The position numbers were made by a program, and so were the translations under genes. Positions 50,203-59,971 of a DNA stretch of 64,000 nucleotides are shown one piece after another; the stretch's first letter is position 1; the number at the start of each line of letters is the position of its first letter. Origin of the DNA: a virus (Duplodnaviria; Caudoviricetes). The stretch lies in the IMG/VR virus record IMGVR_UViG_3300033121_001921, positions 16,537 through 80,536 of that record, one strand, 5' to 3'. A model generated the notes under the pieces. That model did not search any database, was not told the DNA's origin, and was given only the letters and a program-made list of their open reading frames with translations.

Positions 50203-50628
50203 ATGTCAATTTTGAAATTTCGAATATTTGAATCTGAATCTGCCTCAGATATGGAAAATAATATAACGGACATTTGTAAAAAACTTATTGATAGTTGTGG
50301 ACCGGGTAAGGTTTCTATTAAAAGTGTCTACTTTGGTAAAAAATATGAGTTTCCGCGGGAGTATGGGGCGAAGGAGCAGATTGAAGATGGCATTCCGGGA
50401 GTTGTAGTAAGAATAATGAATCGACCAATTGATGCAAGATATATCAAAAGAGAAACAAAAATTATAGAAGAGAATAAAAATTTTTGGAACCTCATATCTG
50501 AAATTAATCAACGACTTAAGTCTGAATATTTTTATAAATTTGAACAAGTTGGAGACAAAGATTTATACTTCTATATGATAGAAAACGATGCCGCTGACCA
50601 TGAATACGCCATTCGTGGATGGATATAA
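50203..50628 (+). CDS. hypothetical protein with CTS-like start
   Basis: MSILKFRIFESE, behind AATATATA. Confidence 0.65.
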   Translation: MSILKFRIFESESASDMENNITDICKKLIDSCGPGKVSIKSVYFGKKYEFPREYGAKEQIEDGIPGVVVRIMNRPIDARYIKRETKIIEENKNFWNLISEINQRLKSEYFYKFEQVGDKDLYFYMIENDAADHEYAIRGWI

Positions 50629-50995
50629 GAAGGAAATAGCTAAAATCTATAACGCTCCAATAAATGGGGATCTAATAAGTAATAGAAAAATTCAAAAGAT
50701 AAAAGGACTATTTCTTTGTATTTCAGAAAATAGAAATATACCATCTAAAAGAATAAAGGAAATAAAGAACGAAATAAAGAACGAATTGGGCATTAAAAAA
50801 ATAACAAAAAATCTTACCAACAGATGGATAAATTCAAAATCGTCTACACCAGTAGTTTGTGTTAAAACACATGGCGAAATGGTTGTTAACCAACTCAAAA
50901 ATATATCAAATTTCGTTAAAGAGTGGAGAATACATTTTGTAAATAATACCAATCCAAAATTTTTACCAGAAAATTGGTCTATTGATCATGAGTAA
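50624..50995 (+). pseudogene. C-terminal half of the EXD2-like HNH protein
   Basis: YKKEIAKIYNAPING...HGEMVV...WRIHFVN...FLPENWSIDH. Confidence 0.65.
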
Positions 50996-51049
50996 CCACT
51001 AAAATTGATAAAATTCTATTTACCAATTTAGCATTCTAATATATAGATA

Positions 51050-52418
51050 GTGATAAAGTGTATGATTTGTAATTTAATGTATAAAGGACTAGCGGGACAT
51101 CTGAAATCGAAGCATAATATATCCACCAAAGAATATAAATTAAAATTCCCAAATTCCACGACCCTATCCAAAGAAAGCTTATCAAAAATAATAAAGGATA
51201 AAAATAAAAAGTGTATTCACTGTGATAATACATTTCTTTCTAAAGATCCTAGAAATCTAACATGTAGTAAAAAATGTAGATATGATCACAGATCTTCCAA
51301 AACGAAAAGGAATAAAAAGAAGCAAAAACTACATTGATATAAAATGTCATTATTGTAATAAAGAAAAATCCATGTTAAAATACAGAGAGGGTGGTAAAAA
51401 TTTTTGCAATAAAGATTGCTATTCCAATTATCATAAATCTCCAAAAATTACCATCAAATGCAAATATGCAAAATGCCAAAATTCATTTGAGAGGTACAAG
51501 AAAGAAAAAACAAAATATTGTTCCAGAATTTGCTATAAGCTCGACTATAGTGAAGACAGGCAGGATTTTAACACAAATAGTAACTATCGAAAGGGATACT
51601 ACACATCTCTAAGGGATGGGTCTAAAAAATGGTTCGATAATCGATACGAGTTGAGTAGAATGAAACAATTAGACATGGATAAAAATGTTTTAGAATGGAC
51701 AAAAAACAAAATAAAAATAAGATATACTGGAGAGGACAATAAAGAGCATATTTATACCCCAGATTTAATTATAAGATATAAAGACGAAACAATTATTGAA
51801 GAAATAAAAGAAAGAATTACCAAAATAGATGTTCTTAAAATGGAATCAGCTATTCCATTTTTGAAAAATATGAACATAGAATATAAAATAATTCAAAAAA
51901 ATAACATATACGATGATTATCTAGATCCAATTATTGAAATCTACGAAAATAAATTTGGATCATTTCAAAGAATATCACTAATATATTCATTTATGAAGAT
52001 GGCAAAAACCATATCTGATAGATCGACTTGCATAAGAAGGAAAGTAGGGTGTTTAATAGCTCCACAAAACTTATATAATATATCAGCAATTGGATATAAT
52101 GGATCTTTACCAGGAAAAGAGAATGGATGTATTTCTATGGGATCTGGAAAATGTGGATGTATTCATGCGGAAATTAACGCATTATCAAAATTCAAAGAAT
52201 TTAATAAGTCCGAGACATATATATTGTTTTGCACCCTATCTCCATGCATGAACTGTTCATCAGAAATCCTAAACTATCCAATAAAAAAAGTTATCTATTT
52301 GGAAGGATATAGAGACACTTCTGGAATAAGACATCTAAAGAAAAATGGAATATCTGTGATAAAATACCAAGAATTGGTAGATAAAAACAACACCGGATAT
52401 GAAATCCCTAGGAGATAA
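51050..52418 (+). CDS. Zn-finger/TnsA-like endonuclease fused to a dCMP deaminase, with an apparent +1 indel at about 51300
   Basis: CxxC repeats; YTPDLIIRY...EEIK; RSTCIRRKVGC, HAEINAL, PCMNC. Confidence 0.8.
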
Positions 52419-52442
52419 TAGTAGAAAAAATAGATACGTAAG

Positions 52443-52940
52443 ATGTCTATTATAGATCAGATAAATGATTTATGCGAAACCTTCAAAGATGATACTAAAA
52501 GTATCTACTGTGTCAATGATTATGATATAATACCATTTGTAAAATTATACATGAACTGCAAGCTAATTAGCTCAGCAACTGTACATGATGGGTCTGGAGG
52601 GGTGACAATAACATCAATAAGTCCAGAGACGTGGTTTGATAAGCTCCTGCCCTATCTGGTAAATAATGTCAGGATAGTTACAAACTCAAGATCATTTATT
52701 TTGTTTTCCTTTTCCGAGAAAGGAATATCATCCACAAGTCATGAATGCAACTCTATGAGGTTTGAATCAGATGAAAAAATAGTAGACTTTCTAACTCTAG
52801 AAAGAAATGAAGATTTGGTCCTATATTATATTTGCAAATATGTTGATCTGTCCACACTACAACCACAATGGCTAATCAGCTATTATCTAGTCAAAGATCC
52901 AAAAGCAATAAGAAACAGAAAAATCAACTCTATACTTTGA
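52443..52940 (+). CDS. hypothetical protein
   Basis: Ends IRNRKINSIL. Confidence 0.7.
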   Translation: MSIIDQINDLCETFKDDTKSIYCVNDYDIIPFVKLYMNCKLISSATVHDGSGGVTITSISPETWFDKLLPYLVNNVRIVTNSRSFILFSFSEKGISSTSHECNSMRFESDEKIVDFLTLERNEDLVLYYICKYVDLSTLQPQWLISYYLVKDPKAIRNRKINSIL

Positions 52941-53841
52941 ATTTGGATCTATAATTCAAAACGGCTATATCTTTGGACTTAGCCTCAATTTCAACATCAA
53001 AATCCATCCCAAAATCCTCTATCTTCTCATAGATAAGATCAGCATGTGCGGTGAATTTACTTGAAATGTCTTCTATTTTTCTAGATGAACTCATGTGAGT
53101 AATAGGTCTGGACTTCCATGTTGACATGGCCATCTTAAGAGCCTCTTCCATTGATTGATCTTGAGGGCCATATTTAAAATGCAATTGATCAAAGACTATT
53201 GGAATACCTATTTTGGAATGAACAAGATCGTATAGCATTCTAACAGAATACTGTGATATTTTATCGTCATTTTCAACTGTTAGTCTTTTTTGACAAGACT
53301 CGGAAAGGAGTTTATAGTTATCACAAAATCTGCCAGCAGCTTCTTCCCTATTTGGTTGAGTAGTATTAATATGAATATTTATTGGATAATATGTTGTTTG
53401 ATCAAGTCCCATCAAATCCATCAACACGGAATGTTGATTGAGTTCATAAATTGTCTTCTTAACAACTGCAGAATTGGAACTAGCCAAGACATTGAATGGC
53501 CCTGGATGATAACTGACTCTCATTTTATTTAATTTCACAAATTCTCCAATTTTAGATAATAAAGACTGAATTTCATCGAATCTGGGCAACTTTAAAAATT
53601 CATATTCAGTCATCCAGGGAAAAGAATCACTAGACATTCTATAGACCAATATGTCATTGGATAAATTCCATTTCAAAATTTCCATTGTGTCTCTTAAGTT
53701 TAGCAGTGATAGATCCGAAACATATGATAATCCCTTTGAATCAAATGTCTTTTTTACCATTCCTCTATTAACTTGAATAAAATCCTTCTTTTTTCTTAAA
53801 GAATTCAAAGAAAGATTTATACAACAATATCCAATGTTCAT
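52930..53841 (-). CDS. uvsE: UV damage endonuclease (UvsE/UvdE)
   Basis: IGYCCIN, YRMSSD, SYHPGPF, LTVENDDK, FDQLH, HAD, EAKSKD. Confidence 0.93.
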   Translation of the reverse strand: MNIGYCCINLSLNSLRKKKDFIQVNRGMVKKTFDSKGLSYVSDLSLLNLRDTMEILKWNLSNDILVYRMSSDSFPWMTEYEFLKLPRFDEIQSLLSKIGEFVKLNKMRVSYHPGPFNVLASSNSAVVKKTIYELNQHSVLMDLMGLDQTTYYPINIHINTTQPNREEAAGRFCDNYKLLSESCQKRLTVENDDKISQYSVRMLYDLVHSKIGIPIVFDQLHFKYGPQDQSMEEALKMAMSTWKSRPITHMSSSRKIEDISSKFTAHADLIYEKIEDFGMDFDVEIEAKSKDIAVLNYRSKFKV

Positions 53842-53855
53842 TTTATATATACTTT

Positions 53856-54269
53856 ATGCGAATAAAAAGATTTAATGAGATAAATGAAGGATGGAAGGAA
53901 AATCTCCTAGTATCTTTATCTCTTCTACTTTCGACTCCGTCATTTTCCCAGAAATCAAATATAGATAAAACTGATCAAAAAGAGCAATCCATTGACTACA
54001 ATAAAGACTTTTGGAGGGCTTGTTTTCAACTTTGTGAGGAACTAAAATCCCCCAAAATGTCTCTTGAGGAGAGAGCTGGAATCCTAGAAGCCCAAATTCA
54101 TTTCCAAGCCAAAAGGGATGGAACATCACCGAAGAAAATGTCAGAAAAGGGGGAAATTACAGCTAAGATAATAATGGAAAAGGTATCCAAGTTATCCAAT
54201 GATCAAATCGATATTCTAGTGCAAAAAGGATCTAGTGGAAATATATCTGGATCAATCACAGGTCTGTAA
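53856..54269 (+). CDS. hypothetical protein with CTS-like start
   Basis: MRIKRFNEINEGWK, then a hydrophobic stretch. Confidence 0.7.
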   Translation: MRIKRFNEINEGWKENLLVSLSLLLSTPSFSQKSNIDKTDQKEQSIDYNKDFWRACFQLCEELKSPKMSLEERAGILEAQIHFQAKRDGTSPKKMSEKGEITAKIIMEKVSKLSNDQIDILVQKGSSGNISGSITGL

Positions 54270-54492
54270 TCAAATCTACTTTCAATTCTCTATTTATTTT
54301 CTCTAATTGTGGCTTCGTTATACCAATGCCACATGTAAAATCGGATTGGCAAAGGCAACACATCATATATATTATATAGTACTGAAGATCAATGGCGTAC
54401 CCAAAGGAAGATTCTAATCTATTCTTATCGATTTTATCTACACAATTTCTACATATACTAAAATAGTATCCACTTTTCCCTGAAAATCCCAT
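54256..54492 (-). CDS. small Cys-rich hypothetical protein
   Basis: CRNC, CCLC. Confidence 0.55.
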   Translation of the reverse strand: MGFSGKSGYYFSICRNCVDKIDKNRLESSFGYAIDLQYYIIYMMCCLCQSDFTCGIGITKPQLEKINRELKVDLITDL

Positions 54493-54683
54493 TAGATATT
54501 ATTTTGTGTTCTCTCTTTCTTCCTTTCGTAGGCCAAATATTTAATTATAATATTGACCTCATCTGCTGTCACATCATATTTGCGACACATGTCCAGCTTA
54601 TCCTTTTTACCAAAAATAGACTTCCTGAATTTTTTCAGTTCTTCTTTAATCCGAGAGAACTTCTTCATATCCATTTTAATCAT
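54492..54683 (-). CDS. small hypothetical protein
   Basis: ORF behind TATATTTG. Confidence 0.55.
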   Translation of the reverse strand: MIKMDMKKFSRIKEELKKFRKSIFGKKDKLDMCRKYDVTADEVNIIIKYLAYERKKERTQNNI

Positions 54684-54734
54684 GTGTAGTTTTGATTTTC
54701 AAATATACAAATTTCGCAATTTATATATACATAT

Positions 54735-55286
54735 ATGGAAATTAAAAAATTTGTTGATTTCATTAGAGAAAGCATATCAGATACTCCCGAGGAGTATATA
54801 AAAATGGAATTAACAAAATTGAAGAGAAAAATAGATGGATTCTTCGAAAAGAAAGAAGAAGAATCTGATGGGAATAAGGTTTCAAATATGTCTGACGCCC
54901 TAAAAAAGGGGAAGGATCAAGAAAAATCAGAAAAAACTATATCATTTTCTGAACTTGGTCTTCAACTACAAAGCTCTGAAATAAGTAAATACTCAGCTCT
55001 ATATGATAATTTAGTGGTAAAATTTTCTGATGATGAGTTTCTTTATAATCTTTATGTTACAATTCCCCTAAAAGAAGCAGTTCCAGAAGAAGATGGAGAA
55101 TCAAAGAACATAAAAAAATGCTTCCTTAAATTCAAGAAATATGATCTAGATCACTTTGATTTAATTGGGCAGATCACAAGAAATACAGATATCGATAAAA
55201 TCGACGAAGATTATTTAGTATCTCTTAAGATAGATTTAGACGATGAATTTGATAAGAAAGAGGATTTAGGAATCGAAACCGAGTAA
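54735..55286 (+). CDS. hypothetical protein with CTS-like start
   Basis: MEIKKFVDFIRES, behind TATATATA. Confidence 0.75.
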   Translation: MEIKKFVDFIRESISDTPEEYIKMELTKLKRKIDGFFEKKEEESDGNKVSNMSDALKKGKDQEKSEKTISFSELGLQLQSSEISKYSALYDNLVVKFSDDEFLYNLYVTIPLKEAVPEEDGESKNIKKCFLKFKKYDLDHFDLIGQITRNTDIDKIDEDYLVSLKIDLDDEFDKKEDLGIETE

Positions 55287-55296
55287 TATATTCAAT

Positions 55297-55470
55297 ATGA
55301 ATAGGATGAAATCATTTAATGACTTTTCACATCTTCGTAAAGATATCTATAAAGATTTTGGATCAACTAATAGAGAAATAAACGAAATAGAGGTGTTAAG
55401 ACATATTGAAAATTTCATTATAGAAAATAAAATTGATGGACACAGAAAATGCAGACACGGTAAAGAATAA
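55297..55470 (+). CDS. 57 aa hypothetical protein immediately left of the array
   Basis: MNRMKSFNDFSHLRK...GKE*, translated by hand. Confidence 0.5.
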   Translation: MNRMKSFNDFSHLRKDIYKDFGSTNREINEIEVLRHIENFIIENKIDGHRKCRHGKE

Positions 55471-55491
55471 TTTTTAATCTATTTTTATTGT

Positions 55492-55545
55492 ACATAACGT
55501 CCGATGATAAACAATCGTTTTAATGTTGTTTATCATTTGTTATGT
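55492..55545 (+). repeat. hairpin H1 (near-identical to H14)
   Basis: acataac-gtccg-atgataaacaa/ttgtttatcat-tt-gttatgt. Confidence 0.9.
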
Positions 55546-55625
55546 GTAGGTGTGGATTATTAAGGTAGAATGTTTAATCGAAGAACTGAACAAAAATTTT
55601 AAAAGAAAAAGAAGGGTGAGAAGTT

Positions 55626-55907
55626 TTAATTCTTAAAGATTAATGAAAAATCATAGTTATCATATCCTTCTACAATTCTTATTTTTACACCTGTTATATG
55701 TCCGAATGAGCCATACCCAAATTCTTTACCTGTTGATTTTGTTATTTGTCTCCATTCAGTTTTGGAAATATTGTGAATAGGTATATCCTTACCTAAAATA
55801 TCTTCCATCTCCTTTAATGATTTTTCATAGTGTTCATCTTTTGGTTTCCCTATAATTAATCCAGGAAACATATTTTTGCTGTGAATTTCTTCAATTCTTA
55901 TTTTCAT
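55626..55907 (-). CDS. cassette hypothetical protein
   Basis: 93 aa ORF. Confidence 0.65.
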   Translation of the reverse strand: MKIRIEEIHSKNMFPGLIIGKPKDEHYEKSLKEMEDILGKDIPIHNISKTEWRQITKSTGKEFGYGSFGHITGVKIRIVEGYDNYDFSLIFKN

Positions 55908-55954
55908 AATTTTTTATTTTTAAAGATTTCTTTTCAATGTCTTTAAGTTCGTCT

Positions 55955-56080
55955 TTACCTCTTCCAAATTGTTACTACTTCAATAACACCACCACTCTTA
56001 ATATCGGTGTTTATACTTTCGTTTAAGAATTGTCCAAAATTCTTAACTTTATTTATTTGTTCTCTCATTTCTTTACTCAT
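55955..56080 (-). CDS. 41 aa ORF MSKEMREQINKVKNFGQFLNES..., starting in the H2 loop
   Basis: Hand translation; CTS-like KNFGQFLNES. Confidence 0.5.
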   Translation of the reverse strand: MSKEMREQINKVKNFGQFLNESINTDIKSGGVIEVVTIWKR

Positions 56081-56159
56081 AATTTTACTTTACTATCAAG
56101 TTTAGTGGTAAATTGAAAGTTCATCAAAGCAAACCTTCTCATACACCCAACCGTTATGT
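55996..56159 (-). repeat. hairpin H2 (left arm and loop like H7; right arm degenerate)
   Basis: acataac-ggttg-ggtgtatgagaaggtttgct on minus; GTT box apparently ATT. Confidence 0.65.
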
Positions 56160-56176
56160 GTAATAAAAAATAATTA

Positions 56177-56539
56177 TTATCCACTAAATGAAGCATCTCT
56201 ATCAGATACCATCCAACCATTGAGCATACTGGCTGGTCCATATATTCTCAAATTTTTAATGCTTGTTTTTTCTAAATGTTTTTTAATAGAATATAAAAGA
56301 TTTTTCACATTAGCTCTGCGAATACCATTATTAGATTCAGTTCTTAAAAGTTCTAATTTAGCAACTGAACTTGCTTTAAGTCCAAAATTAGTTTTATCTA
56401 TTATTGATTCCAAATAATCTAACATTTCATCATTAGAACCATTTTTTATTAAATTATCTATTTCTTTAATATATTTACGGTTTAGTGTTTTCCTAATTAA
56501 AGATTCATTAAGTTCATCAAATCTTTTGATATGTTTCAT
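56177..56539 (-). CDS. cassette protein with CTS-like start
   Basis: MKHIKRFDELNES. Confidence 0.75.
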   Translation of the reverse strand: MKHIKRFDELNESLIRKTLNRKYIKEIDNLIKNGSNDEMLDYLESIIDKTNFGLKASSVAKLELLRTESNNGIRRANVKNLLYSIKKHLEKTSIKNLRIYGPASMLNGWMVSDRDASFSG

Positions 56540-56564
56540 ATTGTATTAATTATTTTTTAATAAC

Positions 56565-56665
56565 ACATAACAAGGTGTATATGTAAGTTTTTTATTAGTT
56601 TTTTATTAGTGTATATATTAAAAAAAAATGTGAAAAAAACCTACATATACACCCAACCGTTATAG
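56565..56665 (-). repeat. hairpin H3 (loop contains AATATATAC)
   Basis: ggtgtatatgtaggttttt/aaaaacttacatatacacc stem. Confidence 0.9.
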
Positions 56666-56712
56666 GTAATTGTTTTAAAAATTCCCACACTCCTTAACAA
56701 TTTTCTTATTAA

Positions 56713-56868
56713 TTAACCTTGTTTATATTCTTGCAATACATACGGTAAATTCATTGAACTTACTCTGTTTTTGCTTTCATAAATAAATTGCCCGTGTTCG
56801 TTTTTTACGGCATCAATTTCTTTACAAAATTCTAATTCGTCTTTAATTAATTCGGTCATTGCATCCAT
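56713..56868 (-). CDS. small cassette protein MDAMTELIKDEL...
   Basis: Hand translation, 51 aa; possible 1-nt deletion at the 3' end. Confidence 0.55.
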   Translation of the reverse strand: MDAMTELIKDELEFCKEIDAVKNEHGQFIYESKNRVSSMNLPYVLQEYKQG

Positions 56869-56913
56869 TTTATTTAAGTTTAATTTACCAACGCTAATTT
56901 TTAAAACAACTAC

Positions 56914-57041
56914 CTATAACATAGTGTATATGTAATGTGAGGTTCAGTTGTATATTCAAAGTTTATATTTCTAATCAACATTTGTGGTTAAGTCAAGTTT
57001 CGTGTTTCAAATCTCACACTACATATACACAATCGTTCTGC
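56914..57041 (-). repeat. hairpin H4 (near-identical to H10, inverted)
   Basis: gtgtatatgtagtgtgag/ctcacattacatatacac stem. Confidence 0.9.
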
Positions 57042-57045
57042 GCAA

Positions 57046-57347
57046 TCATGAAACGAACAGCCGAACGGTCACAGGGCCTTCGCGGAAGTCGCCAGTGATT
57101 GTGCCGTCCACGTATTGCTCGTCACCCTTGCGGAAGTTCTTCCACTTCCATGGGAGCGGCGTTGCATCGTAATCGCCTTGACCAAGGCCAACGGCAGCAT
57201 TGAGCAGGTGCTGCCTGCCGTGAAGCCTTTGGCCTCAGCCCACGCCTGGGCCGCGTAGTATGCCTCCCATGTTCCCTTGTTATCGAACGTGGCCTGCTCC
57301 ACCACTGGCTTATTGACCCTGACCGTTCCACCTATTCGCTTTCGCAT
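57046..57347 (-). CDS. GC-rich (about 61%) cassette gene with a 1-nt frameshift at about 57178
   Basis: MRKRIGGTV...LALVK/GDYDATPLPWKWKNF...GPVTVRLFVS*. Confidence 0.7.
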
Positions 57348-57381
57348 TATTGTTGAGTTTTGAGTGAGTTGAAAAGACCGC

Positions 57382-57459
57382 GCAGAACATGCAGCTATGC
57401 GGCATGCCTCAACACAGGTCCAACGCGCTGCACGCCGCATAGCTGCTGAACCGTTATAT
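57382..57459 (-). repeat. hairpin H5 (GC-rich)
   Basis: gcagctatgcggc/gccgcatagctgc perfect 13-bp stem. Confidence 0.9.
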
Positions 57460-57537
57460 TCAATTAAACAAAAAATTATGAGTTTTTAATTGCTTCTAAT
57501 ATTTGTTGTTATATTTAGTAAAAATTAATTTATACCT

Positions 57538-57702
57538 ATGAAAAAAGAACAATATGCAGTTTATGAAAAAGAACCAAGACACGGAAAAGATAAAAACGGA
57601 GTGATACTTGCACCATTTAACACTAAGGAAGAAGCCGAAGAAGCAGGTAAGAAATATGGTTATTATGGTGATAATTACTATGTAGATAAACTCATAAATT
57701 AA
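57538..57702 (+). CDS. 54 aa cassette protein MKKEQYAVYEKEPRHG...
   Basis: Hand translation. Confidence 0.65.
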   Translation: MKKEQYAVYEKEPRHGKDKNGVILAPFNTKEEAEEAGKKYGYYGDNYYVDKLIN

Positions 57703-57712
57703 TTTTTATCGA

Positions 57713-57847
57713 ATATAACGGTTCTCAGATATATTTAGGTTTTCATTTTAATATATACACTAAAATAACAAAAGAAGATGAAACTTTTAAAAACACAAAA
57801 ACAGTTGAACGAAGCATCGGAAAACTTGAATATATCTGATGTTAGTG
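57713..57847 (+). repeat. hairpin H6 (loop holds AATATATAC and an ATG)
   Basis: tcagatatatttaggtttt/aaaacttgaatatatctga stem. Confidence 0.9.
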
Positions 57848-58119
57848 AGAGTAAAAAATTAGACAAAACTCTATCAAACCCCGAGTTCGATAATCTTATC
57901 GATAAATTATCTGAGATGGGTGTATCACATGATGACGTAGAAAAGTTTAAAGAGTATTCAATCGAATTTGAGAACGAAAATGATGAATATGAAAAGAAGG
58001 CGATTTTAGATACATTCTCATTAGATATATCAATGGATTATGAAAGTTTATACGATGAAGTGGAAGATGATATATCAGACTTATATTATGAGACAGGATT
58101 AGACCCTATGGAGTTTTAA
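57778..58119 (+). CDS. acidic cassette protein starting inside H6
   Basis: MKLLKTQKQLNEASENLNISD|V; GTT is in frame. Confidence 0.75.
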   Translation: MKLLKTQKQLNEASENLNISDVSESKKLDKTLSNPEFDNLIDKLSEMGVSHDDVEKFKEYSIEFENENDEYEKKAILDTFSLDISMDYESLYDEVEDDISDLYYETGLDPMEF

Positions 58120-58130
58120 TTTTTTATTCT

Positions 58131-58225
58131 TACTAACGTTTGGGTGTATGAGAAGGTTTGCTTTGATGAACTTTCAAAATCACCACTAAACTTGATAGCA
58201 AACTTTCTTATACACCTTGTTATAT
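58131..58225 (+). repeat. hairpin H7
   Basis: ggtgtatgagaaggtttgct/agcaaactttcttatacacc stem. Confidence 0.9.
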
Positions 58226-58343
58226 GCTGTGCGGATTTAACCACTAAACTACCTACGAAGAACAGAACCTTTTTGTTTTATTTTTGTGGGTGGAAAATTA
58301 AAATTTGAATATTTATATATATATAATAAAACTATTTAATAGT

Positions 58344-58799
58344 ATGGAATTAAGAAAATTTATAGCAACTACTATACGTGAATATTTGAATGAAAGTCAA
58401 ATCGAACAAATTAGAAATACTGGGCTATCAGTTAGTAATAAAATTGAAGGTGGCTTTTTAACTAAAAAAGAAGTTGATGAACTTCAAAGAGAAATTGAAT
58501 CAAATTATGATACAACACCTAAATTTGGACAAGATAGTAATGACATAAGAAAACGTTTGTATAATTATGATAATCCTTATGCAGAAAAAGATATTAATGG
58601 TGTTAATTTAAGAATAGTACAAGGTTTGATAGAGGGTGAGCCATATTCTGGTAATAGAAGAAAAACTTGGTTATTATATGCTGATGGTAAAATTGTTGGT
58701 AAATTTTATAAAGTGGATGATATTAAAAAAGTTATTAAACATATTGAAGATAATTTAGTTAAATCAATATCTAATAATCCAAAAGAATTGGGTGGGTAA
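58344..58799 (+). CDS. cassette protein with CTS-like start
   Basis: MELRKFIATTIREYLNES, behind a TATATATA tract. Confidence 0.75.
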   Translation: MELRKFIATTIREYLNESQIEQIRNTGLSVSNKIEGGFLTKKEVDELQREIESNYDTTPKFGQDSNDIRKRLYNYDNPYAEKDINGVNLRIVQGLIEGEPYSGNRRKTWLLYADGKIVGKFYKVDDIKKVIKHIEDNLVKSISNNPKELGG

Positions 58800-58858
58800 A
58801 AATAAAACAAAAAGAATGTTACGATGAAACTTAATATGAAGTACCAATGTAGCATTGC

Positions 58859-58988
58859 ATATAACGGCTGCGTGTATGAAACGTAATGGATTAGATGCAC
58901 TAAACTTTAAACATAAAATGAACTATAATAGAAATATGAACTTTAAATATACCACTGAAACCATTATGTTTTATACACGATGTTAGCA
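58859..58988 (+). repeat. hairpin H8
   Basis: gtgtatgaaacgtaatgg/ccattatgttttatacac stem. Confidence 0.9.
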
Positions 58989-59077
58989 GTAGTACGGATT
59001 TAAACCACAAATGCTCAATCGAAGAACTGAACCTTTTTTTCTTTTCTTTTTGTGCGGTGGGAAAATAAAATTGAATA

Positions 59078-59875
59078 ATGGAACGAAATATAATTTATAA
59101 CGAAGATTGTAAGATTACCTTGAAAAAACTTCAAGATAAATCTATTGATGGTGTAATTACATCACCACCATATAATATAAATACTGAAAGAAGCGATTGT
59201 TATTACAATAACGGATATTCTGAATTGGATGGGTTAAGTGAAAATGATTATCTTGAAGTAAGAACTAATGAATTTAAAGAATTTTCAAGAGTGATAAATG
59301 ATACTGGTGTAATTTGCTATAACATATCTTATGCAAAAGAAAATCCAATACTACCAACATTGTTGGTTGCTAAAATTCACAATGAAACTGATTTAACTAT
59401 TGCGGATATTATTTGTTGGAAGAAACCAAATGCTATACCTTTTCAGACTTCACCAACTAAATTGAGTAGGATTACTGAATTGATTTATGTTTTTGTGAAG
59501 AAAGAGCATTTACACACATTCAAAACCAACAAGGAAGTAAGTAAGGTAAATAAAAAAACAGGTCAAAAGTTTTACAAAAACTATGTGAATTATATTGAAG
59601 CAAGAAACAATGACGGATACCAATGTCAATTGAAAGCATCATTTTCGCAAGATTTAGTAAATCAATTAATAAATATTTATTTTCCAAAAGGTAGTTTAAT
59701 TTACGAACCGTTTACTGGAATAGGGACTACACAATTAAGTTGTATTGAAAATGAATGTGATTACATTGGTAGTGAATTAGTAAAAGACCATTATGAAATT
59801 GCTTTAGAGAGGGTTAGAGAAAAAAGAAAAGAAAAAGAATTTAATCTAATAACTTCATTCGGAGATGGGATGTAG
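59078..59875 (+). CDS. N6/N4 DNA methyltransferase (beta-class motif order), solitary
   Basis: TSPPYN precedes YEPFTGIGTT. Confidence 0.9.
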   Translation: MERNIIYNEDCKITLKKLQDKSIDGVITSPPYNINTERSDCYYNNGYSELDGLSENDYLEVRTNEFKEFSRVINDTGVICYNISYAKENPILPTLLVAKIHNETDLTIADIICWKKPNAIPFQTSPTKLSRITELIYVFVKKEHLHTFKTNKEVSKVNKKTGQKFYKNYVNYIEARNNDGYQCQLKASFSQDLVNQLINIYFPKGSLIYEPFTGIGTTQLSCIENECDYIGSELVKDHYEIALERVREKRKEKEFNLITSFGDGM

Positions 59876-59881
59876 TATTAC

Positions 59882-59939
59882 TGCTAACGGACAGGCATTG
59901 CCGCCGTTGCATTTGAATGGCGGCAATGCAGTGTTAGGC
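59882..59939 (+). repeat. hairpin H9 (GC-rich)
   Basis: gcattgccgcc/ggcggcaatgc stem. Confidence 0.9.
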
Positions 59940-59971
59940 CACGTTCTTTTAACTTTCAAAAGCAAAAGGCA

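Noticed and set aside
49529-50623. Group I/II intron or IS as the insert in the HNH gene
   Set aside because: No in-frame U/G splice register or intron core was recognised, there is no transposase, TIR or target duplication, and the content is unrelated gene fragments.
57069-57440. Track ORF starting within H5
   Set aside because: GTT is out of frame there; ATG 57347 after an A-rich leader fits better, and the ORF's tail is the wrong frame after the indel.
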